From a virus (lineage: Duplodnaviria > Caudoviricetes): DNA of 64,000 nucleotides. Each line of letters opens with the position of its first letter. Position 1 is the stretch's first letter. The notes beneath the pieces are model-generated. The model saw nothing but the letters and a program-made list of their open reading frames with translations, had not been told where the DNA came from and did no database searches. This document shows, piece after piece, positions 28,614-38,200 of the stretch. The DNA is taken from positions 1 to 64,000 of the IMG/VR virus record IMGVR_UViG_3300037601_000088; one strand, given 5' to 3'. A program made the position numbers and the translations under genes.

Positions 28614-29189
28614 TTATTTAACACCAAAATCATTAGAAATAATATGAATTTGTTCTTCAAAGTTATTAAAAATTTGATCAAACTTAAATGGATTAGTGTT
28701 TGTTTCGACTCGCTTAAGCTCATTTTTCATTTTACTTAGCAACCCTTGAGTAACGGCTAAAATACTTTCATATTTGTCAGCATTTGTAATAATTTTATCT
28801 ACTAAGGTTTGTAAATCTGGATAAATTTCTTCCGCAGCATTTATCTCATCAATAATATTTTGAGGTACCGACATAGTATTATCGGCATTCCATTTCCGTG
28901 CCCAATCAGCTTTGGCTTTCCAGCCGTGCTTGATATCTTGAGGCACCGGGCCCGTGATGCTGGCGTGCAGTTGTTCAATCCGTGTGATCATATCCAAAAG
29001 CACTGTTTCGCCAGTTAGATAGATGGGTGTATCGGCCGGGCTTACCCAGCCGTTTTCATCCCGTTCCATTCCCGGCTGAGCCTCGTCTGGGATCTCTTCC
29101 CATGTCACAGAGGGGTGAAATTTGCCGGTAGGGTCAAAATCAATGACCTCCACTAATGTATCATTCTGAACGCGTCCGTACTTCGTCAT
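28614..29189 (-). CDS. Tail fibre assembly/chaperone-like protein
   Basis: YGRV....VEVI...P.G.FHP...W; C-terminal W..KA..AR...L...I...A..YE shared with 30224 gene; follows a fibre gene. Confidence 0.6.
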   Translation of the reverse strand: MTKYGRVQNDTLVEVIDFDPTGKFHPSVTWEEIPDEAQPGMERDENGWVSPADTPIYLTGETVLLDMITRIEQLHASITGPVPQDIKHGWKAKADWARKWNADNTMSVPQNIIDEINAAEEIYPDLQTLVDKIITNADKYESILAVTQGLLSKMKNELKRVETNTNPFKFDQIFNNFEEQIHIISNDFGVK

Positions 29190-29198
29190 GGCTGCCTC

Positions 29199-30224
29199 CT
29201 AAGCACTCAAATATTCTGTGACGATGACGATGCCGGGCGTACCAGCCAAATTGGGGGTTACGCGAACGCCGGAGCCAGCGTAGTTGGGACCACTCGATCC
29301 ACTGCCATATCCGTTTCCTATGCTCCCCGCACTCACTCTGATGGGCATTGGCGCTCCCTTGCCGAAGTAGCTGTCGCCACCAGCATTGCCTCCTTGCTGT
29401 GCCGTTGTTTCGTACATAGCTCTACCCCCTCTGCCTCCGGGGATAGATACCCCGACACCTGTAAAGGAGGCCACACCACCCGCTGCTTCAGTAGCACTCG
29501 TGCGATACCCACCTTGTCCCCCTGTGGCAGATATGTGCGCTCCAAATGAAGAAGTGCCCCCCGTCGCGCCGTTGGCATTGGTCGATCCACCAGCCGCAGC
29601 CGCGCCCACTGTGACAGCCTCAGTTGCCGCTAAATCTGCTTCTGCAAAGATTTTCCGACCGTAGCCACCCCCAGCACCACCTCCCCCTATATAGTTCCCA
29701 GAACCAGAGGGGCTACCGCCACCGCCGCCTTGTACTTCAACGGTGGCAAACAGAAGATTTGTGGGCTTCGTCCAAGTTCCAGATGAAGTAAAAACCTGTT
29801 GTTGAACAACGACGCCACCACTTGCCTGCGCTGCAATAGCCTGCGCAACGCGTTCTTCAGACCAGCCTTTGATAGTTGTCCCTGCACCAGCTTCAGCATC
29901 CTCTTGAGTGACGAGGTCAAGTGTATCTTGTTTGCTTGACTGCAATGTATTAAGGCTTGTTTGTAAATTAGTTACATCAGCAATCACATGATTATGAGAA
30001 GTATTTGCTTTACCAGATTGAAGTGCTGTTACGTCTGTTTGAAGTTGTTGAACATCTGGTTCTATTTGAGAAACGGTATTGGCTGCAGCAATAGCCCCAT
30101 TGATTGCACTCAAGGAATTTTCTAAAGCTTGAGCAAGAGTATCACCCTCAACTGAAGAATCATTGTCTATGTTTGATGCTTTTGCTGTTCCGTAAACCCT
30201 ATTTCCTACAAAATCTCCTGGCAT
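29199..30224 (-). CDS. Tail fibre/receptor-binding protein with glycine-rich C-terminal domain
   Basis: KASNIDNDS N-anchor, SHNH repeat, FTSSGTWTKP...GGGGG glycine-rich domain, GIVIVTEY end. Confidence 0.75.
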   Translation of the reverse strand: MPGDFVGNRVYGTAKASNIDNDSSVEGDTLAQALENSLSAINGAIAAANTVSQIEPDVQQLQTDVTALQSGKANTSHNHVIADVTNLQTSLNTLQSSKQDTLDLVTQEDAEAGAGTTIKGWSEERVAQAIAAQASGGVVVQQQVFTSSGTWTKPTNLLFATVEVQGGGGGSPSGSGNYIGGGGAGGGYGRKIFAEADLAATEAVTVGAAAAGGSTNANGATGGTSSFGAHISATGGQGGYRTSATEAAGGVASFTGVGVSIPGGRGGRAMYETTAQQGGNAGGDSYFGKGAPMPIRVSAGSIGNGYGSGSSGPNYAGSGVRVTPNLAGTPGIVIVTEYLSA

Positions 30225-30916
30225 TATAAGTTCCCTAAATCAATACCTATTTTTTGAGCTTCTGTAAAAGCTTCTTGTTGTGCTTGTTGTAAAATATAAT
30301 CATAGCGCGAATCATCTGGTTCAGCTAAAATAAGATCAGAATACTTATTTCTTAATCCGGCTGTAATCGCAACAACGGCTTCATATAATGTTGCTTTCGC
30401 AACAATTCTCTCTGCTAAAGCTAATTTAGATGGATATTTAGCACCAGAAACCGAATATTCTGTATCGATTAAAGGAGTTGGTAGAGTGTTATCAGATATA
30501 TAAGCCCTTGCTTCTGCTGCTTTGACCGCCCATGAAATTTTTTCAGTTTGAGGAACATGCCCGGCAATTCCATTAAGAACATCTTCAATCCAATTATTCA
30601 TTGTAATAATTGTTTGTTTTGCTGTAATAGGCTGTGGCTGCGGTGGTAATTTTGTTAGATTACCTGGTATAGGGCCAAGATCCTCTATAATTATTTCTTC
30701 GCCAAATTCATTATAAAAAGTTTTACCTCTATTGTCATCAACATATTTCCATTTAGTATTATTCCAAATAACAGCTTTATTCGGTAATTTAACAAGTGGA
30801 GCTACATTTGTTGCGTATGCAGGAATTAACCAATTACCAATATCGATTGGATCGGGGTCTGCTTGCCCTGAGCCTAGGTACTCACCAGTAACAGGACTAT
30901 AGTGATAAATGTTCAT
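30224..30916 (-). CDS. Tail fibre assembly protein (Tfa-like)
   Basis: IYHYSP.TGEYLG...AD.DP......LIPAYAT..AP, W.YV.D.RG, LGP.P. Confidence 0.8.
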   Translation of the reverse strand: MNIYHYSPVTGEYLGSGQADPDPIDIGNWLIPAYATNVAPLVKLPNKAVIWNNTKWKYVDDNRGKTFYNEFGEEIIIEDLGPIPGNLTKLPPQPQPITAKQTIITMNNWIEDVLNGIAGHVPQTEKISWAVKAAEARAYISDNTLPTPLIDTEYSVSGAKYPSKLALAERIVAKATLYEAVVAITAGLRNKYSDLILAEPDDSRYDYILQQAQQEAFTEAQKIGIDLGNL

Positions 30917-30928
30917 GGTTCATGTCTC

Positions 30929-31675
30929 CTAGAACTTGATGCAGGCGAGAAGGGTGATGTTACGAGGGCGAGCTTCTGTGCCGCCACTTGAACCCGTTGA
31001 CAAAGCCCCAAAGTTCGAACCACCAACGCCGGAAGCAAGACTTGTGGCACCGCCACCTCCAGCTGTTGACCAAACCGTCAAAGCTACAGAGTGAGTGTGA
31101 GCTTTGTTGGCGTCAGCCTGTGTGGAACCGAACACGCGTCCGCTATCTATGCCCCGGCCATCATCCCAACCGCGAATGAACTCACCGCGTAGATCAGGGA
31201 CGTTGAAAGTGGTTGATCCGTCTCCTGCACCGAAGGTTGTTCCAATGGCTGCGAAAAGATCGGCGTATGTCGTTCGAGAAACCGCCGCGCCGTTTGCCTT
31301 AAGAAAGCCTGTTGGTGCTGTGTTAGCCGCATACCACATAACAAATCCGGTAGGAACTCCTTCTGGTGCTGGCGGTGGATTACTGACACTATATTTTGAG
31401 TCTAATGTAGTCTGGAGGTTTGTTACCTGAGCAATCGTATGAGTGTGAGATGAAGAAGCTTTACCATCCAAAGTTGTTTGAAGATTTGTAATATCTTCAA
31501 TATCATGGCTATGGATTGTCGCAGCTTTACCAGATACACTTGTTTGTAATGCGACAAGTGTATCATTAAGGTTTCCCAGTGTTACTGCAATAGTTGTTCC
31601 ATTTGCGGTACTATCATTATCAATATTTGAAGCTTTAAGCTGCCCACCTAATTGAAGACCTAAATACGATGACAT
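30929..31675 (-). CDS. Tail fibre protein with phage tail collar domain
   Basis: P.GFLKANGAAVSRTTYADLFAAIGTTFGAGDGSTTFNVPDLRGEFIRGWDDGRG, E.RPRNI.LLACIK. Confidence 0.9.
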   Translation of the reverse strand: MSSYLGLQLGGQLKASNIDNDSTANGTTIAVTLGNLNDTLVALQTSVSGKAATIHSHDIEDITNLQTTLDGKASSSHTHTIAQVTNLQTTLDSKYSVSNPPPAPEGVPTGFVMWYAANTAPTGFLKANGAAVSRTTYADLFAAIGTTFGAGDGSTTFNVPDLRGEFIRGWDDGRGIDSGRVFGSTQADANKAHTHSVALTVWSTAGGGGATSLASGVGGSNFGALSTGSSGGTEARPRNITLLACIKF

Positions 31676-32001
31676 TAATTAGTCTGCTCCAGATAATTAA
31701 CAATTACATCAACACTTGTTGCTGTTGTGCTAGTAACATTAAGGCTATCGCCTTCAAGCAAATTAATCTTACCATCAAATGAAATTGTCGATCCAGCAGG
31801 AATTGGGACAGAACTTAAAATATGTGTATAATTATTGCTGGAATCTCTATGTTCCATATCAATACTAACAGTATTTGCAGTTATATTTGATAAAGTAACT
31901 CCAAACACAATATGGACGGTATTGGAAGCAACATCAGAACCTATTTTGGTTCTTGCCGTTCCTACTGCTCTTTCTGTTGATCTTTCGAATGAATTTGCCA
32001 T
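31675..32001 (-). CDS. Small virion structural protein
   Basis: MANSF..., IPAGSTI....KINL..GD.L.V, DVIV.YLE pattern common near T4-like fibre genes. Confidence 0.6.
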   Translation of the reverse strand: MANSFERSTERAVGTARTKIGSDVASNTVHIVFGVTLSNITANTVSIDMEHRDSSNNYTHILSSVPIPAGSTISFDGKINLLEGDSLNVTSTTATSVDVIVNYLEQTN

Positions 32002-32007
32002 TTGTTA

Positions 32008-32403
32008 TTATTTATCTTTCGTTTTAGGCACTGTGACAATAAACACAGCAAAAAAAGCAGGCCATATTGTCCATCTGTTTTCTTTTAATCTTGCTGAGAG
32101 AGCTCTTCTGAATTCACCAGCAGAAACGAGTTTATCTGCGCCGGTTTCTAAAAACCAGTCATGAACACAAGATGCCAGAACAAATGCTTGATTACTCCTG
32201 GCCCAATTAAACAAAGGAATAAAAAATGGGAATACCCAATATGCCCATTTTGGAATTGTTACCTCAAATACAAAATCTTTTGGAATGGTTACTGAAGGGC
32301 CATTAAGAAATCCCATATGCCATACTAAATCATCATCAAGTTTGTATGTTGATGATATATCTGGTACTTCGCTATATGATTCAAAACTTGTATATTTTGA
32401 CAT
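32008..32403 (-). CDS. DUF1353-like protein
   Basis: VTIPKDF.....IP.W, AS.VHDW. Confidence 0.65.
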   Translation of the reverse strand: MSKYTSFESYSEVPDISSTYKLDDDLVWHMGFLNGPSVTIPKDFVFEVTIPKWAYWVFPFFIPLFNWARSNQAFVLASCVHDWFLETGADKLVSAGEFRRALSARLKENRWTIWPAFFAVFIVTVPKTKDK

Positions 32404-32451
32404 TCTTAATTTCCTTCCAACTTTTTATGAATGTGACAGCACAAAATTCAC

Positions 32452-33231
32452 TCATGACGGTGGAACTATGCTTGTGCTTACGTTTCCGACTGGGACCGTG
32501 CTTATCCAGTTGTTACCGTTTCCAGAGATATCGAGGCCCAAGTTACCAGAGTTTGCAAAGTCAAGGTGATACCCCATCGTTCCATACGTACCGTTGTAGC
32601 GCTCCGGCACCCACACACCTCCTCTTGTCCTGCCAAATTGGTTAGCATCCAATGTCTGGCCATCAACGAAAATCATTTCTGCCAGATACGAAAGCGCAGG
32701 ATCGGTGATGGTTCCGCCATTAGAGTTCCAACGGTTCCCAATCATGACGTAAGGAACATTACTATTGATTTCTGTATTTTCGCTTTGATTTAAAAGCCGG
32801 TCAGTTGTAGTTGTGGCAACTTGTACTCCGTCTTTATAAAACCGCAGTCTTTCTGAAGCTGTAGCGTTATTAGTATCAGCGGCGACCACCCAATGATACC
32901 AAATATCGTTTACTATCGCAGGCGTATAAATTTGACTAACGCTTACGCTATTATGCTTCCCGAAATAAGCGAACCTGTTGGCACCCCCGTTGCCCATCAT
33001 AATACGGTCGCGCCACGCGTTGCTAAACTCATAACTGAGTATAGTATTAGGCACCCCGGTGAATGCAGTTCGCCTAGCCCAAAAACTAAATGTCCAGTTT
33101 CTTCTATCCCCAGCAGGGATAGTAGCTGTCCTGTACAGATAATATGACACACTGTTAAACAGTACGGACTGCTTGATTTTGTAGATGCTTTTGCCGCCAC
33201 CAAACCCAGTAAGTTGATTAACTCTAAGCAT
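32452..33231 (-). CDS. LamG/concanavalin A-like lectin domain virion protein
   Basis: Start MLRVNQLTGFGG; WTFSFW, WYHWVVA.DT, RLRFYKDG, YLAE..FVDGQ.L, YGT.GYHLDF...LG.D.SGNGNNW. Confidence 0.8.
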   Translation of the reverse strand: MLRVNQLTGFGGGKSIYKIKQSVLFNSVSYYLYRTATIPAGDRRNWTFSFWARRTAFTGVPNTILSYEFSNAWRDRIMMGNGGANRFAYFGKHNSVSVSQIYTPAIVNDIWYHWVVAADTNNATASERLRFYKDGVQVATTTTDRLLNQSENTEINSNVPYVMIGNRWNSNGGTITDPALSYLAEMIFVDGQTLDANQFGRTRGGVWVPERYNGTYGTMGYHLDFANSGNLGLDISGNGNNWISTVPVGNVSTSIVPPS

Positions 33232-33796
33232 TAGTTTGGTCCGGGTCTGGCCATCTTGGATCATTGCGGAAGTCTTCAGCAATGACTGGATCATTGTCCT
33301 TCATATCAAAGCTCACAGCGTAGACCGCTTGAACGTAAGCCGCGCCTTTCGCCCACATCTCAATAAGCTGTGCATCGTTCAAGGTGTGCATTACGTTGTT
33401 ACCATCACGGAACTGCGTCGATGCACTAGGTGCTTGCTGAAGTTGCCGGAGCACTGCGCCGTCTTTCAAACCAGCAATATTGTCTTTATCCTTGGCGCGA
33501 CCCTGGACATAGATCGGAGCCGTAATGCCAGTCACGTTGATTGTTACGCCGTTTTCGATTAGTTGCTCGGCATAGGCCGTAACATCGTCCGTCGTAGGAG
33601 GGGGAGGCGGAGAAACATAAACATTTTCAACAGCCTCATCGGATATAATGGTCCAACCGGCATCGGCTTCAACTTCAGTCGTAGCGGAAGTACCTACAGG
33701 ATACCATTCGACATTTTTGTGTGGGATGTGTGGGGGGCGTTCAGGCAGCCTACGGGTACTTTGAAACTCACCGTTAATGAAGAGTGCGTACATCAT
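33224..33796 (-). CDS. DUF4376-like tail fibre accessory protein
   Basis: FRDGNNV.H.L...Q..E......AYV..VY, DPRWP; start 33796 or 33805. Confidence 0.6.
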   Translation of the reverse strand: MMYALFINGEFQSTRRLPERPPHIPHKNVEWYPVGTSATTEVEADAGWTIISDEAVENVYVSPPPPPTTDDVTAYAEQLIENGVTINVTGITAPIYVQGRAKDKDNIAGLKDGAVLRQLQQAPSASTQFRDGNNVMHTLNDAQLIEMWAKGAAYVQAVYAVSFDMKDNDPVIAEDFRNDPRWPDPDQTNA

Positions 33797-33797
33797 A

Positions 33798-34649
33798 TCA
33801 GTCATCCGTTGCTGCGTTGGTGGTGTAGCGGATTTCGACGCCAAGCATTAATGCATCAGTAGCCAAAGTATCAGCTACACCGATTGGATATCTGTACAAA
33901 AGCAACATGAGCAGCTCGTCGCTGTCACCGGATGCGAGCGTCGGTGTAGCCCAAGGTGACATATGTATATCGTTAGCAGCAATCAGTGTGTCTGTGGAAG
34001 TGGCGTCTGCCTCTCTCGCTGTAACTGGGTCATCGTCAGCAAAACTTCTTCCACCCAACCACCATTCGACACCGCCCGATCCACTGGTTGCAGTCCAAAT
34101 AACTCGATACTCAAAAGGTGCCCCGTCCCATGACTTCGGCATTTTAACGGTCGCCCAACTGTACTCAGTAACAGTTGGATCAAACGCCAGTACAGGCGTC
34201 TCGAATGCACTTGCCACATTAGGCACTGACACCTCTGGGACAGGATTTGCTTCACCAAGTGCCCAAGCCCCAGCAGGTAGCCAGATCGTGTGCTTGCCAG
34301 TAACATTTGATAGTTCTAATTTATTTCCTAAATTTGTCTCAAGATCAGTAATTTTTGACTGTGCTAAAGTTGGAATTCTATCAGCATTAAAAGTGCCACT
34401 GGTAATTTTAGATGCAGCCAGACTGGGAATTCGGGCTGTAGCCAATGTACCTGCATTAATATCGTCAGCATTATGTGTATGAGATGTATTAGCTTTACCA
34501 CTAATATCACTGGTATGACCATCGGTTGTTACCTTAAGCGCATCCAATACAGTCGTTAAATCAAGACCAGTAAAATCACTAGCATTTGTGATATTGCTTG
34601 TAGAAAGATCTAATGGAAGAACTGGATTATTGCCAATATATTTTGTCAT
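33798..34649 (-). CDS. Tail fibre-like protein
   Basis: YIGN N-anchor, SHTH, I.AGTL..ARIP repeats, GC-rich C-terminal KHTIWLPA...MPKSWD domain. Confidence 0.7.
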   Translation of the reverse strand: MTKYIGNNPVLPLDLSTSNITNASDFTGLDLTTVLDALKVTTDGHTSDISGKANTSHTHNADDINAGTLATARIPSLAASKITSGTFNADRIPTLAQSKITDLETNLGNKLELSNVTGKHTIWLPAGAWALGEANPVPEVSVPNVASAFETPVLAFDPTVTEYSWATVKMPKSWDGAPFEYRVIWTATSGSGGVEWWLGGRSFADDDPVTAREADATSTDTLIAANDIHMSPWATPTLASGDSDELLMLLLYRYPIGVADTLATDALMLGVEIRYTTNAATDD

Positions 34650-35113
34650 TAGAAGATCACCGCATAAACGATTGCTTGTTCAGTTGCTTCTTGAAGGGTT
34701 GCAAATCCTAGGCTATTCTTCATTCCAGTAATATCATTTTTTGTAACAGTATTTCCTGACATTGTTAAAAATTCTGTGGTTGTGTTTGACGATGCTGCGG
34801 CTGCAGTATAACTTATTGAATTAGCAACAACATTTTCTGCATTTAATGTGTCGGAAAATGTAGCATTAACTGAAAATGTTGTATTACTTGCAAATACTAT
34901 TGGCTGAGTATTACCAAATTCACCGCCATAAATCACATCAACATATAGGTCATTAATTGTCATTGTTCCATCAATGACAGTATTTCCTGATACCGTATTA
35001 GCATCTACGGTAACTATATTATTTTTTAGGGCGTCAAGAAGCTGGTTTGTTCTTGTGATTAATGTAGTAAAAGTATCTGTTGATATATCTACATTTGCGT
35101 AATTAAGACTCAT
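34649..35113 (-). CDS. Virion structural protein (fibre anchor-like)
   Basis: ANV....DTF...ITRTN, A.VYAV end. Confidence 0.55.
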   Translation of the reverse strand: MSLNYANVDISTDTFTTLITRTNQLLDALKNNIVTVDANTVSGNTVIDGTMTINDLYVDVIYGGEFGNTQPIVFASNTTFSVNATFSDTLNAENVVANSISYTAAAASSNTTTEFLTMSGNTVTKNDITGMKNSLGFATLQEATEQAIVYAVIF

Positions 35114-35291
35114 TAACCAGTTTTTCCAGTTTTTCTATTCTTTTTAAGGCTTTATTATATTTATCATTTAATTCTTTGATTTTTAGATCTAAAAATCTAT
35201 CTCTTTTTTTACGAGCTTTATAAAGCTTAAGAGAATTTTTATCGTTATTTAAAAGAGTCCCCTCTTTTTCTTTAATTAAACCTGTAGACAT
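35103..35291 (-). CDS. Small coiled-coil protein
   Basis: LLN.D...L..YK.RK motif typical downstream of DUF4815 genes. Confidence 0.55.
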   Translation of the reverse strand: MSTGLIKEKEGTLLNNDKNSLKLYKARKKRDRFLDLKIKELNDKYNKALKRIEKLEKLVNES

Positions 35292-38200
35292 ATTGCTCTA
35301 GCATCTGTTAATCTTGGAACAATGAGTTTACTTTCAGAAAGAAGGACTACTTTAACCATAAATGATTTAAATCCGACAAAAATCCCGTCAGAAGTATCTT
35401 GATATTCTATGATATTAAAATTATTTTCATTTAAGAAAGCGCCATTCGTGACAGGGGCAGTTGAAGGAACACCATATACAAATTCTCTGAAGTCTTGAGG
35501 ATTCGCAGTAGAACTGAAAAGTGTTTCGCCTGAAGTATAGTTTAGTTTTGTCCATACTTTATCATCAATAGATTCACCATCTTCACCATTTAGAAATTTA
35601 ACATAAACCTCTATTTCTGTTGTAGGCGGTTTATATCCTCCGATATAAATTTGAATATCTTCAGCATCCTGACCGTCTTTAAGAGTTATTTGCGGAGAAA
35701 TATATTTGGTTAATGCATTACCATAGCGAGTATGTTCGTTTGTATTATCGTTATTAATAATATTTTCAATATGATATGAAGATTTACGAACCATATCAAT
35801 CATAGGTGAAACGTAATCATTTCCTGTATTTAAATCAATTTTATATGTTGATGATTTATTTCCAGACATTTCTGTCTCTTCATTTGACTTTGAGACAGCA
35901 ATTCTCATTTTATCGAAGAATTCATTTTCAGTTTCTTCTGTAACAGTTTCAAATGTTCCATCGATATTATATGAAGTATCAGTTCCCTTAAATCCAAAAG
36001 TTAATGAGGTAAATGAAGGAGAAAGTGTTGCAAACCTAGGAACAACCATAGAATATTGCTCATTATCAACGCTATCAATTGTCGCTGTTGCTACAAGAGT
36101 ATTTGCATTGATTACACTCTGGTTATTCATGAAAGGTCTATGAATTTGAATATCATCATTTGCGCTAAATCCGCCTGAAGACAAATCAAGTATAAGTTTA
36201 TCATTTGCGTCATCAACTAATTGAATATAACCAACTGGATCGGTATTTCCTGTTTGAGCTACCGCAGTTGAATTTGCAGTATAAACAATATCACCTGGGA
36301 GAGGGGAAATAGAGGAATTTGCTCTATTAATCCCGTCAACAGTGAAATAATCATCATCTTCGTTTTCGAAGTAGGCAGAACCAGTTCCAGTCGTAAAGAC
36401 TGCGCGATAGATATTAACTTTAGGATCTTCAGTCTGAATTGGTGTATATGTCATTTCATTTGCAGAAATAAAGGTTACACCCATGTAAGGATTTGAGAAA
36501 ACTTGTTGGCCTGTATTAATATCATTTTGCCCAATAGCACTCATCCAAATTGTATAGTTTGGAGAGTTACCGTCTGGCTTTACCTGATAACAATAATATT
36601 TGTTTGAAGCTAAAGGAACAATATTTTCAAAAGTAAAGATTGTTTCTACACTTGCATCTGTGGAAGTATTAATATCAGAGGCTTTTAAATGAGCCTTTGC
36701 TATAATTTTAGAACTATCTGGGAAATTATAGCTCATTTCCATAAGATAAACATTCATTCCAAGAGTTTCATCTTTATCTCTAAAATAAAGACCAATTTGA
36801 GGAATAAATAGAGTAGGAGATCCAGGCGAAACGGTTAAGAATGAATGAGCTAAGGGGTCACGACCGCCTTCATCCCCCGAATCTTCGTTTTGAATATTGA
36901 AATTATTTTGTGGCGGCGGAAACCATGTTGTTGTAGATCTAGAGTTAATACTAGTTGTTGTATTTGTCTCAATATTAGTTGCGGTTGAAATTGATGGCTC
37001 ACGTGTTGTGATATCAATATTCTGTGAAGTAACAGCTAAATTAGATGCGGTATAAATGGCCTTGGCTGACGATGTGGCCGCTTCTGGAGAAGTTACAATG
37101 TTATCCACGTTGGCGATAATAAATTCTCTGTCACCCACTCTGAATTCATTCTGAGGGATTCTAAATACACCATAAACATTACCGCTGGCATCAGATACAA
37201 TATCATCCCCGTAATCTCCTGTACGATTAATTATTTGATTTTCTTGGCCTTGAAGAAAATCATTTTGCCCTGACAATTCTCCAGGTGCTGAATGTTCAGA
37301 AACATTTACCTTATCGAAGAAAGTATAATATCTTGAATTTGGTTTTAAGCCGGTAACAGCAAAAGCAATAACGCGGCTACGAATATAAGGGTTTGAACTT
37401 ACGTCTTTTACGAAAGAACCTAGATTATATTCTCTGGAAGTTACATCAACCTGAAGGCCTTGATTTGTTCTTTGCTGTGTTGACGTAGTTCTAGTCGTAG
37501 TGGTTGTAGTTATACCCGCTCCAAAGTTATTAGTATTTCTTCCAATAACATCTGTCTGAGAAGCGGTTGTTCTCCAATCACCGAATGTCATAGCAAATGG
37601 TGTTTGTGCGAACTCTTCCCATGGGGTTGCCATATCAAGCTCAATATTAACGGCTGGGATTAGTTCTTCATCCCTGTGATGATCGAATTCAGGATAGAGA
37701 TTTAATTGACCATGCCATTTCCAAAAACTTTCAGTACAATTTCTTATTTTTGTTGCATAGGGCTGGGATGCCATAACAGCCGTTGTATAAGGCCGTGTAA
37801 TAATTGATCCAGTAACTTGAACACCAGAAGATAAACTTGTGCTATACTTATAATCTATTGTGTGTTTATCGAAAAATGGTCTTGCAACCGCATTAGTTTC
37901 ATCGATTGCTATTTTATATTCTACATCATTAACTCTACCAAGATTATGAGAAATAAAAGGATTAGCAAAAATACCACTTTTAAAGCGATCTAATCCGTTT
38001 TCATCCGGTATAGATAAATCTTTTGCGGATTGTTCTAATAAGTTAAGAGATGAATTATATTCAAGGGATGTAATTCTTCTATCAAGAACACCAATATCTC
38101 TCATGGTATATCCACGAGTTTTAAAGAGTTCTATTTTAGTTTTTATATCATTTCTTTTGTATGCTTCGCCTTCTCTTGTAGAAAGGGAAGGATAACCAGG

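Noticed and set aside
29333-34482. Many overlapping alternative-frame and antisense ORFs in the fibre region
   Set aside because: Expected from locally high GC; they lack SD sites and recognisable motifs and overlap well-supported genes
28614-34649. Diversity-generating retroelement or invertible tail-fibre switch
   Set aside because: No reverse transcriptase or invertase gene and no template/variable repeat pair or inverted recombination sites seen
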